Positions 27,062 through 35,464 of a stretch of 64,000 nucleotides of DNA are shown in pieces. Position 1 is the first letter of the stretch; each line of letters begins with the position of its first letter. The stretch comes from Patescibacteria group bacterium (GTDB lineage Bacteria > Patescibacteriota > Patescibacteriia > Patescibacteriales > JBAZCA01). The stretch spans positions 85,864-149,863 of the forward strand of contig JBAZCA010000005.1 in NCBI GenBank assembly GCA_041671125.1, read 5' to 3'. The translations under genes were made by a program, and so were the position numbers. The notes under the pieces were generated by a model, which searched no databases, was not told where the DNA came from, and saw only the letters and a list, made by a program, of their open reading frames with translations.

Positions 27062-28749
27062 TGTGGAACACGGGTTATGCGAAAGGTATGATCAAGGGGG
27101 AATTTTTTACCAAATCAAAAATATTATTGGTAAGCTGTCTTAGTTTTATCGCCGGAATCGGGCTAGGGTCGTATTTTTCAGAAGAATGGCTTTTAAAAGA
27201 TTTATGGTGGTTTGGGATATTTGCGGCTGGCGCGCTGGCCTTGATAATAATTTGGAATGTTAACCTAAAAGAAGGGTCTCGCTTTTCGGAAAGATGGAAG
27301 GCAATATCGCGCCTTCTTTTTTTGTTTCTAACTTTTTTCTTTTTCGGAATCTGGCGCTACTCGCTTGCCGCGCCAAAAGATTATCCGGATCAGGTCAGGC
27401 ATTATAATGGTCAAAGAGTAAAAATTATCGGAAGAGTGGCGGACGAAGCCGATACGCGGGAGGCTAGCATGAAATTAAAAATTGACGCCAAGTATCTGTT
27501 GATTAGCGCGGAGAATGTTAATAGCGAAAAAGACGGTGATGAAATTGGAACCGGAGCCAGGGAAAGGAACGCGGAGGACGCGGGTCGGGAAATAAAAATG
27601 CCGGTTAGGGGAAGAATCCTTACGACCGTAAATATTTTTCCCGAATACGGTTTTGGCGACCGGCTGGAACTCTCCTGCGATTTAAAAAAACCCGAACCGG
27701 TTGAAGATTTTTCCTACGACCGCTACCTTTCGCGCTATGACATTTATTCGCTTTGCTATTACCCGAAAATAAAATTTTTGGGAAAAGAAAATTTTAGGTT
27801 TTTTTCCGTTGGCCGGCTTTATGAAAAAGTTCTTGCCGTAAGAAAAAAGATAAAGACAGTTTCTGATCTCGGAATGGGCGATCCGGAAAGCTCAATCGCT
27901 CAGGCGATAACTTTCGGTTTAAGAAATTATTTGCCCCAGGAATTAAAAGACGTATTTTCCCAAACCGGCCTTACCCATATCATGGCGGTTTCCGGCGCGA
28001 ACATCAGCATCCTGACGATGATTGTCATGAATTCGCTTTTAGCCCTCGGCGCGAAGCGGAAGCTGGCTTTTCGGATAACCGTTGCCTGGATAATATTTTT
28101 TGTTATCCTTGTCGCCGCCCCGGCCTCGGCTATCCGGGCCGGAGTGATGGGTTTTATCGTGCTTTGGGCGTTAAATCTCGGTCGGCTAAATAAAACTATT
28201 GGCGCCATAGTTCTCGCCGCGGCCGTCATGCTCCTTTTTAATCCTAAAATCCTCCGGGATGATCTTGGTTTTCAGCTTTCTTTTCTCGCGACTTTAAGCC
28301 TCGTTTATTTTTATCCGATTTTTAGCGCCTGGTTCGCGCGCAGGGAAGCGTTAAGCCGCGCCCCGAAAATTATTAGCGAAACGCTCCTGATCACTCTCGC
28401 CGCCCAGGTCCTTACCACTCCGGTGCTGGTTTACAATTTTCATTTTATTTCGCTTTCCGCTCCGCTTGCGAACCTGCTCGCGCTTTGGGCGATACTGCCG
28501 ATTACTTTTTTCACTTTTTCCGGCCTGGTTTTTTCTTTAATCTTTGCCGGATACGAAAACCTGATTTTTTTTCCGGCCTGGATTTTTGTTAAATACCTTT
28601 CAATACTCGCTAAAAATCTAGCCTGCCTGCCTTTTTCCCACCCTGAAACCGGCCAGATCAGCGGTTTTATTTTCTTAATATATTACTTAATGTTAGCAAA
28701 ATTTTTAAAAAAGCGAAAAAACACTCCAATTTCTATTGACTTCTCATGA
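27061..28749 (+). CDS. comEC: ComEC/Rec2-family DNA internalisation channel protein
   Basis: Polytopic membrane protein with an OB-like N-terminal region and the competence-domain motif FSQTGLTHIMAVSGANISIL. Confidence 0.8.
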   Translation: MWNTGYAKGMIKGEFFTKSKILLVSCLSFIAGIGLGSYFSEEWLLKDLWWFGIFAAGALALIIIWNVNLKEGSRFSERWKAISRLLFLFLTFFFFGIWRYSLAAPKDYPDQVRHYNGQRVKIIGRVADEADTREASMKLKIDAKYLLISAENVNSEKDGDEIGTGARERNAEDAGREIKMPVRGRILTTVNIFPEYGFGDRLELSCDLKKPEPVEDFSYDRYLSRYDIYSLCYYPKIKFLGKENFRFFSVGRLYEKVLAVRKKIKTVSDLGMGDPESSIAQAITFGLRNYLPQELKDVFSQTGLTHIMAVSGANISILTMIVMNSLLALGAKRKLAFRITVAWIIFFVILVAAPASAIRAGVMGFIVLWALNLGRLNKTIGAIVLAAAVMLLFNPKILRDDLGFQLSFLATLSLVYFYPIFSAWFARREALSRAPKIISETLLITLAAQVLTTPVLVYNFHFISLSAPLANLLALWAILPITFFTFSGLVFSLIFAGYENLIFFPAWIFVKYLSILAKNLACLPFSHPETGQISGFIFLIYYLMLAKFLKKRKNTPISIDFS

Positions 28750-28764
28750 ATTTTGTGTTATATT
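28736..28764 (+). promoter_or_regulatory. Near-consensus sigma70 promoter firing into the comEC-downstream spacer
   Basis: -35 TTGACT (28736-28741), a 17-nt spacer, and an extended -10 TGtTATATT (28756-28764). The predicted start is about 28771. Confidence 0.55.
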
Positions 28765-28770
28765 AGCCAG

Positions 28771-28955
28771 ACTAGAATGTGTTTAAAAACCATTTCGTCG
28801 CGAGACTTTATCCGCTTTGAGCGAGACGAGGAAGACGAGTAAAACAATACGAGGCGTAGCCTAAGCTACGGTGAGTATTATTTTGCGAAGTCTGACGAAG
28901 TCGAAGCCGAAGCGGTAAAGCCGCAGTAGAAAGGGTTTTTAAACACATTCTAAAA
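28771..28955 (+). ncRNA. Candidate structured RNA of about 185 nt with a 6S-RNA-like hairpin and large central bubble
   Basis: A perfect 19-bp closing stem (28773-28791 with 28934-28952). An 11-bp stem with one bulge (28806-28817 with 28910-28920). A purine-rich internal loop of 23 nt (28818-28840) against 25 nt (28885-28909). A 9/10 stem (28841-28850 with 28875-28884). An apical hairpin CGTAGC-cuaa-GCTACG (28855-28870). Confidence 0.35.
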
Positions 28956-29026
28956 CAATACGGTCATCCCCATGGCAAGGTGGCGCTAATCCCGCTCACT
29001 TTTATTAATTAACGCTTAAACACCCA

Positions 29027-30283
29027 ATGGGGAAAATTTTTCGTATGGAAACCGTAAACGAAAATCTTAGCATCGCTAATCTGGCCGACATAAAACCGTC
29101 GGAAATAATTGAAGAATTGCTTTCCCGGCTCAAGGAGCGGGAAAGGGATATTATTATTCGCCGGCACGGCCTCAGAGGGACGGAAAAGGAAATATTGGAA
29201 GGAATCGGCAAAGCCCATAACTTAACCCGGGAAAGGGTGAGGCAGATTGAGTCGGTCGGGCTGAAAAAAATCAGGGAAGCGAGGCAAAAAGAAATTTTAG
29301 TCGGAATCGGGAAACTTATCCGCGAGCTTATTGAAAGCCACGGCGGCATTATGGAAAAAGAGCATCTTTTTGAGGTGCTTTCACATTTCGGCCTGAATGA
29401 AGCTTCTCCCGCGGATCGGGCGGTTTTCAGGAATTTTTATAACTTCATTATACTTAAAATATTGGATGGATTTTCCGAAGTCAATAAATCGGATGAATTT
29501 TTAAGTCATGTAAAGCTGGCTGATAAGGAAACCGGCCATCTTGACGAGCTTATCCGCGCCATAAAAAAAGCGGTTTCGGAAAAAGGTAAAATTTTAACCA
29601 CCGAAGAACTCTTAAGCCTGGCCGAAGAAGCGGCTCGGGATTGCGGGATAACAATCGTGGATTCCAGCGATCCGAATCTTAACCATTATTATGAAAAGCG
29701 TTTTAGCGGGGAAGAGTCCGGGTTGTTAAAGGAAAAGAAATATTTATACTCAATAATCAAAGCGGCTAAATCTCTCGGCCAGAACGTTTTTGGCCACTGG
29801 GGGCTTTCCGGCTGGCCGGAAATTAAGCCGAAGAATTTAAACGAAAAAATTTACCTGGTTTTAAAAAATACGGGCAAGCCGCTCCATTTCTCCGATATCG
29901 CCAAAAAGATTGATGATGTGCTTTTTGACCGGACGCCTGCCGCCGTCCGCCTGCCGGAGAGGCAGGGACGGGAAGGCAAAAAGACTAACGTAGCCTCGGC
30001 TCATAACGAACTCATACTTGATGAAAAGTTCGTTTTAGTCGGCAGGGGAATGTACGGTCTTTCCGAATGGGGATTAAAAGAGGGCACGGTCGCCGAAATC
30101 ATCACCGAAATTATGAAATCGGTCGGTTCTCCGCTTACGAGGGAAGACGTAATTGAGCGGGTGCTCCAGGAACGGATGGTAAAGAAAACTACTATCGCCC
30201 TGGCGCTGTCCAATAAAGATAAATTCGCGAAAAACGGCAATGCTTTCTTTATCAGGGCTGATAACGTTGAAGCGGCCGGATAA
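29027..30283 (+). CDS. Transcription-associated protein with a sigma-70 region-4-like HTH and a C-terminal HARE-HTH (RNAP delta-like) domain
   Basis: IIRRHGLRGTEKEILEGIGKAHNLTRERVRQIESVGLKKIRE resembles sigma region 4. GKPLHFSDIAKKI...FVLVGRGMYGLSEWG resembles HARE-HTH. Confidence 0.7.
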   Translation: MGKIFRMETVNENLSIANLADIKPSEIIEELLSRLKERERDIIIRRHGLRGTEKEILEGIGKAHNLTRERVRQIESVGLKKIREARQKEILVGIGKLIRELIESHGGIMEKEHLFEVLSHFGLNEASPADRAVFRNFYNFIILKILDGFSEVNKSDEFLSHVKLADKETGHLDELIRAIKKAVSEKGKILTTEELLSLAEEAARDCGITIVDSSDPNLNHYYEKRFSGEESGLLKEKKYLYSIIKAAKSLGQNVFGHWGLSGWPEIKPKNLNEKIYLVLKNTGKPLHFSDIAKKIDDVLFDRTPAAVRLPERQGREGKKTNVASAHNELILDEKFVLVGRGMYGLSEWGLKEGTVAEIITEIMKSVGSPLTREDVIERVLQERMVKKTTIALALSNKDKFAKNGNAFFIRADNVEAAG

Positions 30284-30310
30284 TACGGATAGCAAAAAAT
30301 TATAAACACA

Positions 30311-30366
30311 ACACCCCGTTAACGCGGGGTTTTTGTTTATTCCGGCGAATTATGGTAAAATAATAA
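30311..30366 (+). promoter_or_regulatory. Terminator plus promoter module (copy 1 of a 56-nt exact direct repeat)
   Basis: Hairpin CCCCG-ttaacg-CGGGG (30314-30329) followed by a T-run. Then -35 TTGTTT (30333-30338), a 17-nt spacer, and an extended -10 TGgTAAAAT (30353-30361). It is identical to 43146-43201. Confidence 0.65.
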
Positions 30367-30424
30367 GTAGTAAAATTTCAAATTATTCGTGATATAGTTG
30401 TGTTATCAAAAATAAGATGATTAT

Positions 30425-33400
30425 ATGCGTAAACTAAAAAAATTTTTTGCGCCAATATTTATTTTCGCCCTTATTTTTCCTTTCGGCGCTTTCGGACAGG
30501 AGGGAAGACTTGAGGCTTCGGTGAGCGCTGAATCGTTGGGCGCTCACGCTACGGCCAGCAAAGCAGAACCGGCAGATAGCGGTCAAAATCAGTCAGGTCC
30601 TCTAAGATCAAAACAAAACCCGTTTTTTAACGATGATTTTAGTATAGCAGTTGAAGCTGATAAAACTGAAGCTCAGGATGGAATTGATACATCCGGCATA
30701 ACGACTGAATCGGAGAGCCAGGCTCCGGAGAGCGGCGAGGAAGAATCCGCGCCGATGACGCTTACCGAAGATCCGCCAGTTTACGAAGGAGAAAAAAAAT
30801 TATTGGAAGAAAAAAAACCGACTGACCCGGACTCTTCGTCCGGTTCTTTTATTTTTAATTTTCCCATTGAAGTTCCGCCGGGACGGAACGGCTTAGAACC
30901 CGATCTTAAACTTACCTATGACAGCGGCAATTCTGATAATAGCGGTGTTTTTGGTTATGGCTGGTCAGCGAATATTCCTTATATAGAAAGGATAAACCGG
31001 GAAGGCGCGGAAAGTTTATATTCTGACGATTATTTTTATTCTTCTCTTGACGGTGAACTAAAAGCATCCGAAGGCGAAGGAGAAGGTTTATTGGGACTAG
31101 GGGAAAAAGAAACTTTAATTGAGGAAAACGGCGAAAAAAAAGTTGAGTACGCCCCGTTATCACCTCTTGATTTAACAGCCGAGGAATGGGTGAAACATGG
31201 GTTAGCCGAGAAAAAAGATGACGGCAGGATTATGCTAGTTACCCCCGAGGAAGAGGAAGGCAGAAGGACATTAAAAAGCAAGGTATATTTGATGGGCAGG
31301 GAAGCTAATGGAAAAAATATTTATAGTACCAAAATTTACGGCAGGGATATCCATTTTTTAAACAACAAGACAGGCAAAAATGAGGATATTGTATTGGATT
31401 TATCATATGGCGAGGAAAGCTGGCAAACTGAAAAAACCCCTTATAAATTAACAGTTTCAGAGTTTATTGAAAATAGCATTTTCGAGTTTACAAATAAAAA
31501 TCAGAAACTAAATTTTTCGTTAGCCGATGAGTTAGGAAATTTAAGTAAAGGCTTAAAGGGAGAAAAAAAAGAAAAGGCGGACAATAGTGTTATTTTCAAG
31601 GATATTTTAGGACAGGGGGTAGATATTTCGATTGAACCGGAGAATACCGGGGTTGTTAAGGATGTTATTATTAAAGATTTTGATGCGTTAAAAAATTTCA
31701 TTACCGACGAAGAGGGCAATATCGGATTTACATTTAAACTAACTTCAAATAAAAAAATAGATATTAGAGCCGGAGACAAACATTTAAGCCAGTTAGGCAA
31801 ACTTACCTCAGGGGAAACCGTGGAGGTAATAGATGATGAAGGAACCGCTTCCTATATTTTGGCTCCAAGAGCAATAGATTCTAAAGAAGGATTATTAAAC
31901 CTGGAAATAGAATACGAATTAAAAAAAGACGGAATTTATTTAACTAAAAAAATTCCATTAGACTGGCTGGAAAACGCGAACTATCCGGTCAGAGCCGATA
32001 CGGTAGTGAGCCTATATGGCAGTAGCGGTGATGGATGGGTGATGAATTCGGGAACTGGGGCAGGATTTAGTAATTTAAGGGACGCGCAAACCGGTACGGC
32101 TAGCTATTATACTTACTCAACGGCATGGGTTAACGTGCAAAATGAAGTAAATGGATACCAAGAAATTAGAAGAGGCTTTTTTTCCTTTAATACTTCTTCA
32201 CTCGGTTACGCGGCCTTAATATCGTCAGCCGCCTTAGTCATAACATCCGTGAGTTCTAGCAACTCGTTGGGAAATTACGGCATGACTGTGGCTGCAGGAA
32301 CTCAAAGCAGTACCAGCACCCTGTCAAATGGCGATTTCGGTTCAGTCGGTTCTACGGCATTGAGCGATTCATTTTATGAGTGGAGCGTTTTTAATCTAAA
32401 TACCGACGGGAGAAACCATATTAATCCTGTCGGCTGGACTAAATTTTCCGTTAGAGAAAATTATTATGATTTATTAAATCATAATCCCGGCGCGGTTTAT
32501 GGCCAAAATGTCTTAGGTTATAAAACATCAGAAGAAGCAGGCTCGGATTATGATCCGTATCTTTATATAGAATATACGGTCAATACTGGTCCCAGATCAC
32601 CAGAAGACTTATTAACTGAAGCCCAAACCAACCCGACCAGCGTTTCCGACAGTGAGCCTGAATTCAGCGCTATATACGACGATCCCGATCTCGGAGATTA
32701 CGCCGCTTATTATCAGATTGAGATTTCCACCTCTTCGGTTGATTGGTCCAATCCTGTCTGGGATTCTAATAAAACCGCTTTCGCGACTTCAACGCCCGAA
32801 GGATCTAGATGTAACGATATAAGTTACGGCGGAACAGAGCTTGACCTTAACGGAACTACATATTATTGGCGGATTAAGTTTTGGGATGATGAGGACGCGG
32901 AAGGTCTTTGGAGCGATGGCACCGATTATTTTTCCATGTTCGGCTCGGCTCCGAACGGGCTAAGAGTTGAAGGAAATGAAAATCCTTTAAACATTGACGA
33001 TGATAAACCGGAGTTTTCCGCCGTTTTTAATGATCCCGACGACGGCGATTTGGCCGTGAATTATCAAATTCAGGTTTCTCAAATGAACAATAACTGGGAA
33101 AATCCTGTCTGGGACTCGGAAAAAATCGCGCTAGCCAGCTCAACCCCGGAAAGCGGGAGGTGTCCCGATATTTCTTATGGCGGATCATCCTTGCCGATGG
33201 ATGGCTCGACTTATTATTGGCGGATTAAATTTTGGGATGATTCGGATGTTGCGAGCGTTTGGAGCGACACTAATTATTTTATAACCGCGACAACGACGCT
33301 GTTCGGCGCCAAGATTGAAAATGGCAATTTTATTAAATACGAAAAATTAAGCGGCGGAAGCTGGCGGGCGTATGATAAAAAAGGGACCAGTTATAAATTC

Positions 33401-35464
33401 GGCTACGAAAGCGCTACCAGGCAAGATGATCCTGGGGATAACACAAAAGTATTTAAATGGATGCTTGAAGAAATCCGCGACACTAACGATAATTACATCA
33501 AATACGAGTATTATAAAGACAACGGCCAGATTTATCCCTCTAAAATTACTTATACGGGTCATATTAATACTGACGGTATTTTTGAAATAGAGTTTTTGCG
33601 CGAAGCGCGAAACGATACCGCCACCTCAACCAAAACCGGATTCGCAGTCCGGACTATGGAGCGGATTAATGAGATAAGGATTAAGGTTAATGGGACTTGG
33701 GTAAAAAAATATCAGCTTAATTACACGACCGGTAATAACGGCTACCGCTCTCTTGTAAATACCATTACCGAAATAGGTCAGGACGAACAGGCGAATACGA
33801 TTACCTTGCCGGTCAATGATTTTGATTATCAGTCAATAAGAAGCGGGTGGACTTATGATTCTAGTTACGATTTTATCGTCGGCTACGAAATGCCGATGAT
33901 CATCGGTGATTTTAACGGAGATGGGCTTAGCGATATTTTGAATTTTGGAGGCCCAAGTACATTAATAAATGACGGCGACGGCACTGGCTGGACTTATGAT
34001 ACTAATTATTCGGTACCGGCCGGAGTCAGTAAATATGCCCACGCGGCGGACGTTAACGGAGACGGGTTTAGCGATTTATTGCAGATTTATAATTCATCCG
34101 AAAGCTACGTAAAAGTCTATATCAACGACGCTGACGGCACCGGCTGGACGTATAATTCAAATTATGATCAAAGCATAACCAATCCCTATCATCCTCTTGA
34201 ATTTAATTTACTGCCAATTGGCGATTTTAACGGCGACGGACTGCCGGACTTTATTAATTGCGCCGGATCTTGTACCGCTTATATTAATGACGGCGACGGG
34301 ACAGGCTGGAGTGGGGATGGTAATTATGATTTTCCCGCCAGTGTAAGCGTTGACTCCCATGTCGTTGACGTTAATGGCGACGGTTTTGATGATTTTGCCG
34401 AGAAGGATGATAATAACTTAAAAATTTACATTAATAACGGCGACGGGACGGGCTGGACTTACGATTCTAATTACGATTTTTCTGCCAGCAATGATAATCC
34501 AGTCCCTTTCGGCGACTTTAATGGCGACGGTTTGCCCGATTTATTAAGCGGAAGCACGGGGTGTAACGCATATATTAATAAAGGAAACGGGACTGGTTGG
34601 AGCGCGGACGCGACAAACTATACGGTACCGAATGAAGCTGGTTGTAGCGCTTCGCCCGTGGATGTTGACGGTGACGGTTTATCAGATCTGGTTAATAAAT
34701 TGAATGAGACAATCAAGGTATTTATCAACAACGGCAATAAAACCGATTTAATTTCTAAAGTAAAATTAAGCGAAGGCGCTGAAACGAGCGTTATATATAA
34801 AGGAACGCCGGAATACATTGACGGATCAAATAATTTATTAAACCCCAACCTGCCTTACGGTTTTCAGACGGTTTATCAGCTAATTGCTAACGACGGCCTC
34901 GGCAATATTGCCACTTCTACTTACTCATATATCGGCGGGGATTTTTATTATGCCGATGAATATGATAAGCGGTCGGCCGGGTTTAACCGAATTGAAAGGA
35001 CTGATCCATTGGGCAATATAACTAAAACTTACTACCATCAGGGCAACGCGACCGCCTCTTCAACCGGCGAATATATTGATCATCAGTCAAAAATCGGCAA
35101 ACCATACCGGACGGAAATTTATGACGGCTCGGGAAATCTCTATTCCAAAGCGATCAATAAATGGGAAAATTACGACCTGGGGAATGAACGGGATTTCGTT
35201 AAACTGACGAGAAAGACCGATTTTAGTTATGACGGCGACGCGGATCATAAAGAAAAAGCCGAAACCTACGCGTATAATAATACTTACGGGAATCTAACGG
35301 AAAAGGTGATCTGGGGCGAGGTAAGCGGAGCGGATGACGGCTCGTTTACGGATATCGGAACCGATATCGCGTCGTCAACAATAGAATATATCGCGAGCAC
35401 AACGCCTTATATTGTTGGTCTGCCGAAAATTGAAACCCTAGCAAACCAATCCGGAGTAAGGTGA
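30425..35464 (+). CDS. TcB-like toxin-complex subunit (signal peptide, SpvB-like domain, FG-GAP/VCBS beta-propeller, first RHS/YD repeats)
   Basis: Signal peptide MRKLKKFFAPIFIFALIFPFGAFG. SpvB/TcB N-terminal motif PPGRNGLEPDLKLTYDSGNSDNSGVFGYGWS. Six FG-GAP-like units (GDFNGDGLSDIL, DVNGDGFSDLL, GDFNGDGLPDFI, and others). Two tandem ~110-aa modules end in YYWRIKFWDD. YD-type repeats lie near the C-terminus. Confidence 0.8.
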   Translation: MRKLKKFFAPIFIFALIFPFGAFGQEGRLEASVSAESLGAHATASKAEPADSGQNQSGPLRSKQNPFFNDDFSIAVEADKTEAQDGIDTSGITTESESQAPESGEEESAPMTLTEDPPVYEGEKKLLEEKKPTDPDSSSGSFIFNFPIEVPPGRNGLEPDLKLTYDSGNSDNSGVFGYGWSANIPYIERINREGAESLYSDDYFYSSLDGELKASEGEGEGLLGLGEKETLIEENGEKKVEYAPLSPLDLTAEEWVKHGLAEKKDDGRIMLVTPEEEEGRRTLKSKVYLMGREANGKNIYSTKIYGRDIHFLNNKTGKNEDIVLDLSYGEESWQTEKTPYKLTVSEFIENSIFEFTNKNQKLNFSLADELGNLSKGLKGEKKEKADNSVIFKDILGQGVDISIEPENTGVVKDVIIKDFDALKNFITDEEGNIGFTFKLTSNKKIDIRAGDKHLSQLGKLTSGETVEVIDDEGTASYILAPRAIDSKEGLLNLEIEYELKKDGIYLTKKIPLDWLENANYPVRADTVVSLYGSSGDGWVMNSGTGAGFSNLRDAQTGTASYYTYSTAWVNVQNEVNGYQEIRRGFFSFNTSSLGYAALISSAALVITSVSSSNSLGNYGMTVAAGTQSSTSTLSNGDFGSVGSTALSDSFYEWSVFNLNTDGRNHINPVGWTKFSVRENYYDLLNHNPGAVYGQNVLGYKTSEEAGSDYDPYLYIEYTVNTGPRSPEDLLTEAQTNPTSVSDSEPEFSAIYDDPDLGDYAAYYQIEISTSSVDWSNPVWDSNKTAFATSTPEGSRCNDISYGGTELDLNGTTYYWRIKFWDDEDAEGLWSDGTDYFSMFGSAPNGLRVEGNENPLNIDDDKPEFSAVFNDPDDGDLAVNYQIQVSQMNNNWENPVWDSEKIALASSTPESGRCPDISYGGSSLPMDGSTYYWRIKFWDDSDVASVWSDTNYFITATTTLFGAKIENGNFIKYEKLSGGSWRAYDKKGTSYKFGYESATRQDDPGDNTKVFKWMLEEIRDTNDNYIKYEYYKDNGQIYPSKITYTGHINTDGIFEIEFLREARNDTATSTKTGFAVRTMERINEIRIKVNGTWVKKYQLNYTTGNNGYRSLVNTITEIGQDEQANTITLPVNDFDYQSIRSGWTYDSSYDFIVGYEMPMIIGDFNGDGLSDILNFGGPSTLINDGDGTGWTYDTNYSVPAGVSKYAHAADVNGDGFSDLLQIYNSSESYVKVYINDADGTGWTYNSNYDQSITNPYHPLEFNLLPIGDFNGDGLPDFINCAGSCTAYINDGDGTGWSGDGNYDFPASVSVDSHVVDVNGDGFDDFAEKDDNNLKIYINNGDGTGWTYDSNYDFSASNDNPVPFGDFNGDGLPDLLSGSTGCNAYINKGNGTGWSADATNYTVPNEAGCSASPVDVDGDGLSDLVNKLNETIKVFINNGNKTDLISKVKLSEGAETSVIYKGTPEYIDGSNNLLNPNLPYGFQTVYQLIANDGLGNIATSTYSYIGGDFYYADEYDKRSAGFNRIERTDPLGNITKTYYHQGNATASSTGEYIDHQSKIGKPYRTEIYDGSGNLYSKAINKWENYDLGNERDFVKLTRKTDFSYDGDADHKEKAETYAYNNTYGNLTEKVIWGEVSGADDGSFTDIGTDIASSTIEYIASTTPYIVGLPKIETLANQSGVR

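Noticed and set aside
35459-35464. TGA recoding (genetic code 4 or 25) as an explanation for the stop between the two RHS ORFs
   Set aside because: Reading through the TGA in frame hits further stops within ~20 codons, and the continuation is in a different frame. TGA ends nrdG, the MGMT gene, comEC and 8987-10363 at natural positions. A full-length RF2 with the SPF motif is encoded at 25859-27061.
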